Shown piece after piece: positions 11,044-22,579 of a DNA stretch of 64,000 bases; within the stretch, counting starts at the first letter, position 1, and each line of letters begins with the position of its first letter. Both the position numbers and the translations under genes were made by a program. The stretch comes from Rebecca billardiae RCC1528. Its lineage: Eukaryota; Protista; Haptophyta. The notes below the pieces were generated by a model. It had not been told where the DNA came from and ran no database searches. It saw only the letters and a program-made list of their open reading frames with translations. The DNA is taken from positions 2,666,001 to 2,730,000 of the forward strand of contig OZ251225.1 of assembly GCA_965240325.2 (NCBI GenBank). The letters are read 5' to 3'.

Positions 11044-12345
11044 TCAGCGCACGCGCTGCTCACCCTTGGTCTCGACGCAGTCCTGCAGCCGACGCCGATA
11101 GGATTTGAACAGCGCCTGGATGAACTTCTTGTCGTTCCGTACCTCCTCGAACTTAGCCTTCACCACCTCCTCGAACTCCTTGAAGGTTGGCCGCTGCTTG
11201 CTCGGGTTGTCGGTGCACCACTTGTGCTTCCATGCGTTGAGAAGCTGCTCCACGCGCGCCCAGACATGCTCAATGAGCGACAAGTCGGCGCTGTTCGGCG
11301 GCCAGCTACGGCCCGGCTGACCCTCGGTCGACTTGGGGCCAAGGTGTCCCTCGGGGCCAAACCGCTCGTCGAGCCATTGGCGCACAGCCAGCGCCGTGTG
11401 GGGTGAGGCACTGTCCTGCTGGAAGATCATCTGTCTGATGAAGTTGCCGAAGAGCGCCTGGGCCTCCTTGTCCAGGAAAGGCAGCACGTCGTTCAGGTAC
11501 TCCTTCCAGCACACGCCACGGCACTGCTTGCCGCGACCATTCTCATGCGTGCGGCCGTGAGTGCCCGTGGCAAAATAGAGCGGCGTGATGCCGCGAGAGC
11601 AGGCGCCGGCGTAGCCATGGATCACGCAGTCACCTGCCTGGACCTGGTTCAGCTTGCGCTTGGGCTCGTCACGCAGCGTCCACGACATCACCGTGCTCCG
11701 GTTCGTGACGTCGAACTTGAAGTACTTCGAGTCGGTGAAGAACAGCCTGTCAACCATCGCCTTGACTCTCTGCAGCCACCGTGCGAACGCCACCCGCTTC
11801 TTCGCCTGCTGAGCCGTGATCTGCTTCCTCACCTTGAGCGGCTCCCAATCCATCTTCTTCCGCGCCGCGCGGCGTAGCGTCTCGTCGGAGACGTCGAGCG
11901 CGGACGCATCGAGCGATCCAGCACCGACGGCGCGGCACGCAGCCTTCCGCACACTCTGACCAGCCGGCCCGGCGCTGAGCTCGGACGTAAGCGCCGCCTG
12001 CGCCTTGGCACTGAGGCGTGGGCGTGGACCGCGCTTCGGCTTCCCGTCAGCATCGATGTGCCAGCCCTCCGTGTGCCAGTCCATGAACCACTTCTTCATC
12101 GTCTTCTCGGTGACCTCGGCCGACCGCGCCGCCCTCTGGAAAGCTGAGGCCAACGGAGAGCCTTCATTGAGGCACAGCACGCACGCGCCGATCGCATGGT
12201 GAAACCTCTCCGCAGGGCCCAGGGCCTTCGGGTTGTAATCCAGAGCAATACACTCCCGCGATACCCGCCTGTTCGGAGCGTAGCCGACGCGGTGGGCGCC
12301 TTTGCGCCCGCGCCGATCTTTGGGCGCGGTCGGCGCGCGGCCCAT
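11044..12345 (-). CDS. Transposase, copy 2
   Basis: Translation identical to 7045-8346. Confidence 0.92.
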   Translation of the reverse strand: MGRAPTAPKDRRGRKGAHRVGYAPNRRVSRECIALDYNPKALGPAERFHHAIGACVLCLNEGSPLASAFQRAARSAEVTEKTMKKWFMDWHTEGWHIDADGKPKRGPRPRLSAKAQAALTSELSAGPAGQSVRKAACRAVGAGSLDASALDVSDETLRRAARKKMDWEPLKVRKQITAQQAKKRVAFARWLQRVKAMVDRLFFTDSKYFKFDVTNRSTVMSWTLRDEPKRKLNQVQAGDCVIHGYAGACSRGITPLYFATGTHGRTHENGRGKQCRGVCWKEYLNDVLPFLDKEAQALFGNFIRQMIFQQDSASPHTALAVRQWLDERFGPEGHLGPKSTEGQPGRSWPPNSADLSLIEHVWARVEQLLNAWKHKWCTDNPSKQRPTFKEFEEVVKAKFEEVRNDKKFIQALFKSYRRRLQDCVETKGEQRVR

Positions 12346-12830
12346 CAGCCGCCGCCGGCTGCTTGGCCACGACCGAAGATGAGTGCACGTTACGTCCCGA
12401 GCCGCCCAAAGTTGATCTTACAGCTGACGAAGCGGTGTGGCCTCTATTCGAACTCGTTCCGTCCATGGCGAGCGCCCCATCGACGCAGCCGCCGCGTGCG
12501 CTGGGGCCGCACGCCCTCGCGGATGTGCGCTGGGCACGAGCTCGGCGCCACGGGTTGAGCTCGTCGAGCTATGACAAGCGGCGTGGCGCAAGTCCAACCC
12601 AGTGGAGGCCCCAACTGCCGGCCCCGCCGCCGCGCGGGAGCGTCCGATTAACCTCAGCTGCTCTGCGCAAGATGTGGGCTCCTGTGCCCCACCAACTCGC
12701 CGGAGGCGGACGACGCGCTGGGATCGCTGCACGGCGGGAATATCCCCGACCCATGTGGACCGACGCCGGCCTCGCTCGCCGTCGCCCTCGCCCTCGTTCC
12801 GACTTTTCTACTACCTGCTCACTTAAGTGA

Positions 12831-14926
12831 GCAGCCTCGGCTGAGGCCGTGAGCTGCCGTAGGCTGATCTGACCCGACAAAAGTCGGCGCGCGAGCGCGC
12901 GCGCGCGCGGCGCGGCGCCGCCCCGCTGGCACGTGGGCTCGGTGTGCCTGGGCCGCGCCGAGTGCCCCGCACCCGGATCTCGCCCAGCTAGCTCGTCCTC
13001 GCCGCGCTCTGAGGCCCCCGTAGCAGTCGTAGCTGCTCGCCGCCGCCGCAGATCGTGAAGACCAGCTGCTGTCAGCTGCTCGCTCTGAGCCGGGACATGG
13101 GGCCGCGTGGAGGAGACGCCGTGCGGCCGGGCGCGCGCGTGCGCGTCGAGCGGCACCCGGGCGCACTGCTCACGTGTCGGCGCGCCCGCCCGGCGCGCGC
13201 ATCATCGCTCAGTCGCGCCGCTCTGCTGAGCTAGCCGCCGCTGGTCGCAGCCGTCGGCTGAGGCCGTGAGCTGCCGTAAGCTGATCTGACCCGACAAAAG
13301 TCGGCGCGCGAGCGCGCGCGCGCGGCGCGCCGCGCCACCTCGCTGGCACGTGGGCTCGGTGCGCCTGGGCCGCGCCGAGCGTCCCGCACCCCGATCGCGC
13401 CCAGCCCGCGCGTCCTCGCCGCGCTCTGAGGTCCCCGTAGCAGTCGTAGCTGCTCGCCGCCGCCGCAGATCGTGAAGACCAGTTGCTGTCAGCTGCTCGC
13501 TCTGAGCCGGGACATGGGGCCGCGAGGAGGAGGCGCCGTGCGGCCGGGCGCGCGCGTGCGCGTCGAGCGGCCCCGGGGCGCACTGCTCACGCGTCGGCGT
13601 GCCCGCCCGGCGCGCGCATCATCGCTCAGTCGCGCCGCTCTGCTGAGCTAGCCGCCGCTGGTCGCAGCCGTCGGCTGAGGCCGTGAGCTGCCGTCAGCTG
13701 ATCTGACCCGACAAAAGTCGGCGCGAGCGCGCGCGCGCGCGCGGCGCCGCGCCGCCCCGCTGGCACGTGGGCTCGGTGTGCCTGGGCCACGCAGAGCACC
13801 CCGCACCCGGATCTCGCCCAGCTAGCTCGTCCTCGCCGCGCTCTGAGGCCCCCGTAGCAGTCGTAGCTGCTCGCCGCCGCCGCAGATCGTGAAGACCAGC
13901 TGCTGTCAGCTGCTCGCTCTGAGCCGGGACATGGGGCCGCGAGGAGGAGGCGCCGTGCGGCCGGGCGCGCGCGTGCGCGTCGAGCGGCCCCGGGGCGCAC
14001 TGCTCACGCGTCGGCGTGCCCGCCCGGCGCGCGCATCATCGCTCAGTCGCGCCGCTCTGCTGAGCTAGCCGCCGCTGGTCGCAGCCGTCGGCTGAGGCCG
14101 TGAGCTGCCGTCAGCTGATCTGACCCGACAAAAGTCGGCGCGAGCGCGCGCGCGCGCGCGGCGCCGCGCCGCCCCGCTGGCACGTGGGCTCGGTGTGCCT
14201 GGGCCACGCAGAGCACCCCGCACCCGGATCTCGCCCAGCTAGCTCGTCCTCGCCGCGCTCTGAGGCCCCCGTAGCAGTCGTAGCTGCTCGCCGCCGCCGC
14301 AGATCGTGAAGACCAGCTGCTGTCAGCTGCTCGCTCTGAGCCGGGACATGGGGCCGCGAGGAGGAGGCGCCGTGCGGCCGGGCGCGCGCGTGCGCGTCGA
14401 GCGGCCCCGGGGCGCACTGCTCACGCGTCGGCGTGCCCGCCCGGCGCGCGCATCATCGCTCAGTCGCGCCGCTCTGCTGAGCTAGCCGCCGCTGGTCGCA
14501 GCCGTCGGCTGAGGCCGTGAGCTGCCGTAGGCTGATCTGACCCGACAAAAGTCGGCGCGCGAGCGCGCGCGCGCGCGCGGCGCGGCGCCGCCCCGCTGGC
14601 ACGTGGGCTCGGTGTGCCTGGGCCGCGCCGAGTGCCCCGCACCCCGATCTCGCCCAGCTAGCTCGTCCTCGCCGCGCTCTGAGGCCCCCGTAGCAGTCGT
14701 AGCTGCTCGCCGCCGCCGCAGATCGTGAAGACCAGTTGCTGTCAGCTGCTCGCTCTGAGCCGGGACATGGGGCCGCGTGGAGGAGGCGCCGTGCGGCCGG
14801 GCGCGCGCGCGCGCGTCGAGCGGCCCCGGGGCGCACTGCTCACGCGTCGGCGTGCCCGCCCGGCGCGCACATCATCGCTCAGTCGCGCCGCTCTGCTGAG
14901 CTAGCCGCCGCTGGTCGCAGCCGTCG
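12831..14926. repeat. 5 x 417-bp array in T copy 3
   Basis: Same unit order and variants as copy 1. Confidence 0.93.
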
Positions 14927-15042
14927 TGAGACGTGACGTTAGACGTAGAGTAAGCTATAGCCTATAGGCTGATATGATATGACTCGAGATCTACTATACT
15001 GAGCAGCTAATAAACTATACCATCATTGTCCGACACTGCTCT

Positions 15043-16344
15043 TCAGCGCACGCGCTGCTCACCCTTGGTCTCGACGCAGTCCTGCAGCCGACGCCGATAG
15101 GATTTGAACAGCGCCTGGATGAACTTCTTGTCGTTCCGTACCTCCTCGAACTTAGCCTTCACCACCTCCTCGAACTCCTTGAAGGTTGGCCGCTGCTTGC
15201 TCGGGTTGTCGGTGCACCACTTGTGCTTCCATGCGTTGAGAAGCTGCTCCACGCGCGCCCAGACATGCTCAATGAGCGACAAGTCGGCGCTGTTCGGCGG
15301 CCAGCTACGGCCCGGCTGACCCTCGGTCGACTTGGGGCCAAGGTGTCCCTCGGGGCCAAACCGCTCGTCGAGCCATTGGCGCACAGCCAGCGCCGTGTGG
15401 GGTGAGGCACTGTCCTGCTGGAAGATCATCTGTCTGATGAAGTTGCCGAAGAGCGCCTGGGCCTCCTTGTCCAGGAAAGGCAGCACGTCGTTCAGGTACT
15501 CCTTCCAGCACACGCCACGGCACTGCTTGCCGCGACCATTCTCATGCGTGCGGCCGTGAGTGCCCGTGGCAAAATAGAGCGGCGTGATGCCGCGAGAGCA
15601 GGCGCCGGCGTAGCCATGGATCACGCAGTCACCTGCCTGGACCTGGTTCAGCTTGCGCTTGGGCTCGTCACGCAGCGTCCACGACATCACCGTGCTCCGG
15701 TTCGTGACGTCGAACTTGAAGTACTTCGAGTCGGTGAAGAACAGCCTGTCAACCATCGCCTTGACTCTCTGCAGCCACCGTGCGAACGCCACCCGCTTCT
15801 TCGCCTGCTGAGCCGTGATCTGCTTCCTCACCTTGAGCGGCTCCCAATCCATCTTCTTCCGCGCCGCGCGGCGTAGCGTCTCGTCGGAGACGTCGAGCGC
15901 GGACGCATCGAGCGATCCAGCACCGACGGCGCGGCACGCAGCCTTCCGCACACTCTGACCAGCCGGCCCGGCGCTGAGCTCGGACGTAAGCGCCGCCTGC
16001 GCCTTGGCACTGAGGCGTGGGCGTGGACCGCGCTTCGGCTTCCCGTCAGCATCGATGTGCCAGCCCTCCGTGTGCCAGTCCATGAACCACTTCTTCATCG
16101 TCTTCTCGGTGACCTCGGCCGACCGCGCCGCCCTCTGGAAAGCTGAGGCCAACGGAGAGCCTTCATTGAGGCACAGCACGCACGCGCCGATCGCATGGTG
16201 AAACCTCTCCGCAGGGCCCAGGGCCTTCGGGTTGTAATCCAGAGCAATACACTCCCGCGATACCCGCCTGTTCGGAGCGTAGCCGACGCGGTGGGCGCCT
16301 TTGCGCCCGCGCCGATCTTTGGGCGCGGTCGGCGCGCGGCCCAT
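15043..16344 (-). CDS. Transposase, copy 3
   Basis: Translation identical to 7045-8346. Confidence 0.92.
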   Translation of the reverse strand: MGRAPTAPKDRRGRKGAHRVGYAPNRRVSRECIALDYNPKALGPAERFHHAIGACVLCLNEGSPLASAFQRAARSAEVTEKTMKKWFMDWHTEGWHIDADGKPKRGPRPRLSAKAQAALTSELSAGPAGQSVRKAACRAVGAGSLDASALDVSDETLRRAARKKMDWEPLKVRKQITAQQAKKRVAFARWLQRVKAMVDRLFFTDSKYFKFDVTNRSTVMSWTLRDEPKRKLNQVQAGDCVIHGYAGACSRGITPLYFATGTHGRTHENGRGKQCRGVCWKEYLNDVLPFLDKEAQALFGNFIRQMIFQQDSASPHTALAVRQWLDERFGPEGHLGPKSTEGQPGRSWPPNSADLSLIEHVWARVEQLLNAWKHKWCTDNPSKQRPTFKEFEEVVKAKFEEVRNDKKFIQALFKSYRRRLQDCVETKGEQRVR

Positions 16345-16829
16345 CAGCCGCCGCCGGCTGCTTGGCCACGACCGAAGATGAGTGCACGTTACGTCCCGAG
16401 CCGCCCAAAGTTGATCTTACAGCTGACGAAGCGGTGTGGCCTCTATTCGAACTCGTTCCGTCCATGGCGAGCGCCCCATCGACGCAGCCGCCGCGTGCGC
16501 TGGGGCCGCACGCCCTCGCGGATGTGCGCTGGGCACGAGCTCGGCGCCACGGGTTGAGCTCGTCGAGCTATGACAAGCGGCGTGGCGCAAGTCCAACCCA
16601 GTGGAGGCCCCAACTGCCGGCCCCGCCGCCGCGCGGGAGCGTCCGATTAACCTCAGCTGCTCTGCGCAAGATGTGGGCTCCTGTGCCCCACCAACTCGCC
16701 GGAGGCGGACGACGCGCTGGGATCGCTGCACGGCGGGAATATCCCCGACCCATGTGGACCGACGCCGGCCTCGCTCGCCGTCGCCCTCGCCCTCGTTCCG
16801 ACTTTTCTACTACCTGCTCACTTAAGTGA

Positions 16830-18925
16830 GCAGCCTCGGCTGAGGCCGTGAGCTGCCGTAGGCTGATCTGACCCGACAAAAGTCGGCGCGCGAGCGCGCG
16901 CGCGCGCGGCGCGGCGCCGCCCCGCTGGCACGTGGGCTCGGTGTGCCTGGGCCGCGCCGAGTGCCCCGCACCCGGATCTCGCCCAGCTAGCTCGTCCTCG
17001 CCGCGCTCTGAGGCCCCCGTAGCAGTCGTAGCTGCTCGCCGCCGCCGCAGATCGTGAAGACCAGCTGCTGTCAGCTGCTCGCTCTGAGCCGGGACATGGG
17101 GCCGCGTGGAGGAGACGCCGTGCGGCCGGGCGCGCGCGTGCGCGTCGAGCGGCACCCGGGCGCACTGCTCACGTGTCGGCGCGCCCGCCCGGCGCGCGCA
17201 TCATCGCTCAGTCGCGCCGCTCTGCTGAGCTAGCCGCCGCTGGTCGCAGCCGTCGGCTGAGGCCGTGAGCTGCCGTAAGCTGATCTGACCCGACAAAAGT
17301 CGGCGCGCGAGCGCGCGCGCGCGGCGCGCCGCGCCACCTCGCTGGCACGTGGGCTCGGTGCGCCTGGGCCGCGCCGAGCGTCCCGCACCCCGATCGCGCC
17401 CAGCCCGCGCGTCCTCGCCGCGCTCTGAGGTCCCCGTAGCAGTCGTAGCTGCTCGCCGCCGCCGCAGATCGTGAAGACCAGTTGCTGTCAGCTGCTCGCT
17501 CTGAGCCGGGACATGGGGCCGCGAGGAGGAGGCGCCGTGCGGCCGGGCGCGCGCGTGCGCGTCGAGCGGCCCCGGGGCGCACTGCTCACGCGTCGGCGTG
17601 CCCGCCCGGCGCGCGCATCATCGCTCAGTCGCGCCGCTCTGCTGAGCTAGCCGCCGCTGGTCGCAGCCGTCGGCTGAGGCCGTGAGCTGCCGTCAGCTGA
17701 TCTGACCCGACAAAAGTCGGCGCGAGCGCGCGCGCGCGCGCGGCGCCGCGCCGCCCCGCTGGCACGTGGGCTCGGTGTGCCTGGGCCACGCAGAGCACCC
17801 CGCACCCGGATCTCGCCCAGCTAGCTCGTCCTCGCCGCGCTCTGAGGCCCCCGTAGCAGTCGTAGCTGCTCGCCGCCGCCGCAGATCGTGAAGACCAGCT
17901 GCTGTCAGCTGCTCGCTCTGAGCCGGGACATGGGGCCGCGAGGAGGAGGCGCCGTGCGGCCGGGCGCGCGCGTGCGCGTCGAGCGGCCCCGGGGCGCACT
18001 GCTCACGCGTCGGCGTGCCCGCCCGGCGCGCGCATCATCGCTCAGTCGCGCCGCTCTGCTGAGCTAGCCGCCGCTGGTCGCAGCCGTCGGCTGAGGCCGT
18101 GAGCTGCCGTCAGCTGATCTGACCCGACAAAAGTCGGCGCGAGCGCGCGCGCGCGCGCGGCGCCGCGCCGCCCCGCTGGCACGTGGGCTCGGTGTGCCTG
18201 GGCCACGCAGAGCACCCCGCACCCGGATCTCGCCCAGCTAGCTCGTCCTCGCCGCGCTCTGAGGCCCCCGTAGCAGTCGTAGCTGCTCGCCGCCGCCGCA
18301 GATCGTGAAGACCAGCTGCTGTCAGCTGCTCGCTCTGAGCCGGGACATGGGGCCGCGAGGAGGAGGCGCCGTGCGGCCGGGCGCGCGCGTGCGCGTCGAG
18401 CGGCCCCGGGGCGCACTGCTCACGCGTCGGCGTGCCCGCCCGGCGCGCGCATCATCGCTCAGTCGCGCCGCTCTGCTGAGCTAGCCGCCGCTGGTCGCAG
18501 CCGTCGGCTGAGGCCGTGAGCTGCCGTAGGCTGATCTGACCCGACAAAAGTCGGCGCGCGAGCGCGCGCGCGCGCGCGGCGCGGCGCCGCCCCGCTGGCA
18601 CGTGGGCTCGGTGTGCCTGGGCCGCGCCGAGTGCCCCGCACCCCGATCTCGCCCAGCTAGCTCGTCCTCGCCGCGCTCTGAGGCCCCCGTAGCAGTCGTA
18701 GCTGCTCGCCGCCGCCGCAGATCGTGAAGACCAGTTGCTGTCAGCTGCTCGCTCTGAGCCGGGACATGGGGCCGCGTGGAGGAGGCGCCGTGCGGCCGGG
18801 CGCGCGCGCGCGCGTCGAGCGGCCCCGGGGCGCACTGCTCACGCGTCGGCGTGCCCGCCCGGCGCGCACATCATCGCTCAGTCGCGCCGCTCTGCTGAGC
18901 TAGCCGCCGCTGGTCGCAGCCGTCG
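16830..18925. repeat. 5 x 417-bp array in T copy 4
   Basis: Same unit order and variants as copy 1. Confidence 0.93.
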
Positions 18926-19041
18926 TGAGACGTGACGTTAGACGTAGAGTAAGCTATAGCCTATAGGCTGATATGATATGACTCGAGATCTACTATACTG
19001 AGCAGCTAATAAACTATACCATCATTGTCCGACACTGCTCT

Positions 19042-20343
19042 TCAGCGCACGCGCTGCTCACCCTTGGTCTCGACGCAGTCCTGCAGCCGACGCCGATAGG
19101 ATTTGAACAGCGCCTGGATGAACTTCTTGTCGTTCCGTACCTCCTCGAACTTAGCCTTCACCACCTCCTCGAACTCCTTGAAGGTTGGCCGCTGCTTGCT
19201 CGGGTTGTCGGTGCACCACTTGTGCTTCCATGCGTTGAGAAGCTGCTCCACGCGCGCCCAGACATGCTCAATGAGCGACAAGTCGGCGCTGTTCGGCGGC
19301 CAGCTACGGCCCGGCTGACCCTCGGTCGACTTGGGGCCAAGGTGTCCCTCGGGGCCAAACCGCTCGTCGAGCCATTGGCGCACAGCCAGCGCCGTGTGGG
19401 GTGAGGCACTGTCCTGCTGGAAGATCATCTGTCTGATGAAGTTGCCGAAGAGCGCCTGGGCCTCCTTGTCCAGGAAAGGCAGCACGTCGTTCAGGTACTC
19501 CTTCCAGCACACGCCACGGCACTGCTTGCCGCGACCATTCTCATGCGTGCGGCCGTGAGTGCCCGTGGCAAAATAGAGCGGCGTGATGCCGCGAGAGCAG
19601 GCGCCGGCGTAGCCATGGATCACGCAGTCACCTGCCTGGACCTGGTTCAGCTTGCGCTTGGGCTCGTCACGCAGCGTCCACGACATCACCGTGCTCCGGT
19701 TCGTGACGTCGAACTTGAAGTACTTCGAGTCGGTGAAGAACAGCCTGTCAACCATCGCCTTGACTCTCTGCAGCCACCGTGCGAACGCCACCCGCTTCTT
19801 CGCCTGCTGAGCCGTGATCTGCTTCCTCACCTTGAGCGGCTCCCAATCCATCTTCTTCCGCGCCGCGCGGCGTAGCGTCTCGTCGGAGACGTCGAGCGCG
19901 GACGCATCGAGCGATCCAGCACCGACGGCGCGGCACGCAGCCTTCCGCACACTCTGACCAGCCGGCCCGGCGCTGAGCTCGGACGTAAGCGCCGCCTGCG
20001 CCTTGGCACTGAGGCGTGGGCGTGGACCGCGCTTCGGCTTCCCGTCAGCATCGATGTGCCAGCCCTCCGTGTGCCAGTCCATGAACCACTTCTTCATCGT
20101 CTTCTCGGTGACCTCGGCCGACCGCGCCGCCCTCTGGAAAGCTGAGGCCAACGGAGAGCCTTCATTGAGGCACAGCACGCACGCGCCGATCGCATGGTGA
20201 AACCTCTCCGCAGGGCCCAGGGCCTTCGGGTTGTAATCCAGAGCAATACACTCCCGCGATACCCGCCTGTTCGGAGCGTAGCCGACGCGGTGGGCGCCTT
20301 TGCGCCCGCGCCGATCTTTGGGCGCGGTCGGCGCGCGGCCCAT
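19042..20343 (-). CDS. Transposase, copy 4
   Basis: Translation identical to 7045-8346. Confidence 0.92.
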   Translation of the reverse strand: MGRAPTAPKDRRGRKGAHRVGYAPNRRVSRECIALDYNPKALGPAERFHHAIGACVLCLNEGSPLASAFQRAARSAEVTEKTMKKWFMDWHTEGWHIDADGKPKRGPRPRLSAKAQAALTSELSAGPAGQSVRKAACRAVGAGSLDASALDVSDETLRRAARKKMDWEPLKVRKQITAQQAKKRVAFARWLQRVKAMVDRLFFTDSKYFKFDVTNRSTVMSWTLRDEPKRKLNQVQAGDCVIHGYAGACSRGITPLYFATGTHGRTHENGRGKQCRGVCWKEYLNDVLPFLDKEAQALFGNFIRQMIFQQDSASPHTALAVRQWLDERFGPEGHLGPKSTEGQPGRSWPPNSADLSLIEHVWARVEQLLNAWKHKWCTDNPSKQRPTFKEFEEVVKAKFEEVRNDKKFIQALFKSYRRRLQDCVETKGEQRVR

Positions 20344-20823
20344 CAGCCGCCGCCGGCTGCTTGGCCACGACCGAAGATGAGTGCACGTTACGTCCCGAGC
20401 CGCCCAAAGTTGATCTTACAGCTGACGAAGCGGTGTGGCCTCTATTCGAACTCGTTCCGTCCATGGCGAGCGCCCCATCGACGCAGCCGCCGCGTGCGCT
20501 GGGGCCGCACGCCCTCGCGGATGTGCGCTGGGCACGAGCTCGGCGCCACGGGTTGAGCTCGTCGAGCTATGACAAGCGGCGTGGCGCAAGTCCAACCCAG
20601 TGGAGGCCCCAACTGCCGGCCCCGCCGCCGCGCGGGAGCGTCCGATTAACCTCAGCTGCTCTGCGCAAGATGTGGGCTCCTGTGCCCCACCAACTCGCCG
20701 GAGGCGGACGACGCGCTGGGATCGCTGCACGGCGGGAATATCCCCGACCCATGTGGACCGACGCCGGCCTCGCTCGCCGTCGCCCTCGCCCTCGTTCCGA
20801 CTTTTCTACTACCTGCTCACTTA

Positions 20824-21613
20824 GGGACCCACAAATTTAGTTGCCGGCTGCAGCAGGCACGACTTTGTCTCAGCCCGCACGCCCGCTACGCGCCGACCCG
20901 GGCAGAGCCCATCCGCCCGCGCATGCACCAGGCCCAGCCGCGTCAGTACATACCCACCCGGCCGCGGCACCCGCGCTCTGTGCGCCACGGTGTCGATGCG
21001 CCCGGCAGTCGGTGCGCATGCACGAGCCAGCCGGCGGGCAGCTACGGGCTGGTTTTCGGCGTGGAGCGCGGTCGTGTGAGCTGCATTAATTCAGCTGACC
21101 CCCGGCTTTTGTGCATTCGGGAGTCGTGCTGCTACGGTGGGCGTGCCACGCGCCAACTCGACGCTGGCAAAATTAGGCGACGAAAGTGCACGCGCAGCCA
21201 CACGCAGCCCATATTGATGCTCTCGGAGCAGGCTCGGGCATGCACTCGATCGGCTCTGGCTGACGGCAGCGCCAAGCTGGCGGCGCGGCGCGAGGGTGCA
21301 TGCGTGGCGTGGGCGGAGCTACGTCGCACACGCACCGCGCGGCGCGCGGCTCAGCGCACGGAGGCTGCCGACAGCCGGCGGCACGCAGGCAGGTCTGCTC
21401 GCCGCCAGTCGAGCTCGCCGGCCGCCGGGTACCAAACGTCAACCCAGGATGCACAGCCACGCCTATTTGCGAGGACTCGAGCAATCGGGTCCGGGCGCAC
21501 CTCATGTGCACGGCAGTGGAGTGGGCCAAGTACGCCCCTGGTATGGTGGCGCGCCGCTGCTTTGCTGCGCTGATATGGCGAACAATGTCGGGAGGCTTAA
21601 ACTTGTGAGGGAC
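20824..21613. mobile_element. Element X copy 2 (790 bp, same orientation as copy 1)
   Basis: Same sequence as 4036-4825, flanked by TA on both sides. Confidence 0.72.
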
Positions 21614-21615
21614 TA

Positions 21616-22579
21616 TAGTTTTGGGGCAAACGTATTTGTTTGGGTCAGGCGCATCAACAATAAATGCGGCCGCTGACTTAATGCTTGAGCTCGCTGTGAC
21701 AGAGTCACGCGTCGTAGCATCTTGGAGCATAGTTTGCTCTGCCAGACCATACAGGTCGTTTGAGTCGCACTCATCGGTGCTAATGTCATCGTTCGATCGG
21801 TCAGACTCAGACACAGAGTCGTGCGAGCGAGGCTGCAGACTGACTAGTGACTGCGGTCACGACCGCGCTGTCATTGGCGGCGGCCAGAAGGCCAGCACGC
21901 CGAGCAGCGTCGGCAGGCTCGAGGGCCTCGACGGTCGAAGCGGCATCAGCGGCAGCAGCGTCGAGCGCTACATCTGCCCCGGAACGCTCGGTGACCTCGT
22001 TCGATGACTCGGAGGCAGCAAGGCACTCCTTGAGCTGCGGGCACGCGGCCACGCGCTGTTCCGCCGCGCTTGCGGGCGCAAAGTCCCGGGCGGTAGTTGT
22101 TGAGATCCCCTGCGCAACGACGTGCGTGCGGATGGAGTGGCGCGATGGCGGGGGATGCGAGCGGTAACGCTCCTCCTCACCGCGCTGTGCGCGAACCTCC
22201 TCCTCAAGGTGATCCTTGATTGACTCGGCATGAAGCCGGTCGATGCGCGGTGCAATCGCACTCGACGCGTGGCTGCCTGAATTCAGGTCAGCGGTGTTGC
22301 CAGGCCCGGAGGCGCTGGAGATGGGCTTGCGGAGAAGCGTGAGCTTCTCGCCTTGCCGGTTCTTCTCAGCCTGCATGCCCCTCAGGGCAGCGGCGAGGTA
22401 GTCTGGCGTGCGCTTGCGCGCAACCGCCGATGAGCCGCGCGGCATTGCCGCGCGCTCGGCCACGCCTGGCTTCAACCCAATGAGGGGAGCAACTGGGGCG
22501 GGCTGATGGCCGTTCACGTCCTTGCCGCTGTTCTCATCGTCTCCATCCTTGCCCAAGTTCTCCCAGCACCGTGCTAGCA
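21616..22579 (-). pseudogene. 5' internal region of the LTR element; probable frameshifted N-terminal part of gag
   Basis: Overlapping open frames (21807-22658 and 21616-21967) with S/A/E/D-rich composition like the start of the Gag ORF. Confidence 0.45.

Larger units (their letters stand above)
8827..12823 (-). mobile_element. Transposon T, copy 2
   Basis: Exact 3999-bp period. Shares the TA at 8825-8826 with copy 1. Confidence 0.92.
12826..16822 (-). mobile_element. Transposon T, copy 3
   Basis: Same TIRs and same ORF translations. Shared TA at 12824-12825. Confidence 0.92.
16825..20821 (-). mobile_element. Transposon T, copy 4
   Basis: Same TIRs. TA at 16823-16824 and at 20822-20823. 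Confidence 0.92.

Noticed and set aside
4833-18925. 417-bp units as a CRISPR-like array or as repeated 124-aa genes
   Set aside because: There are no unique spacers between units. The ORFs are R/A-rich GC artefacts with non-ATG starts and unit-to-unit frame differences.
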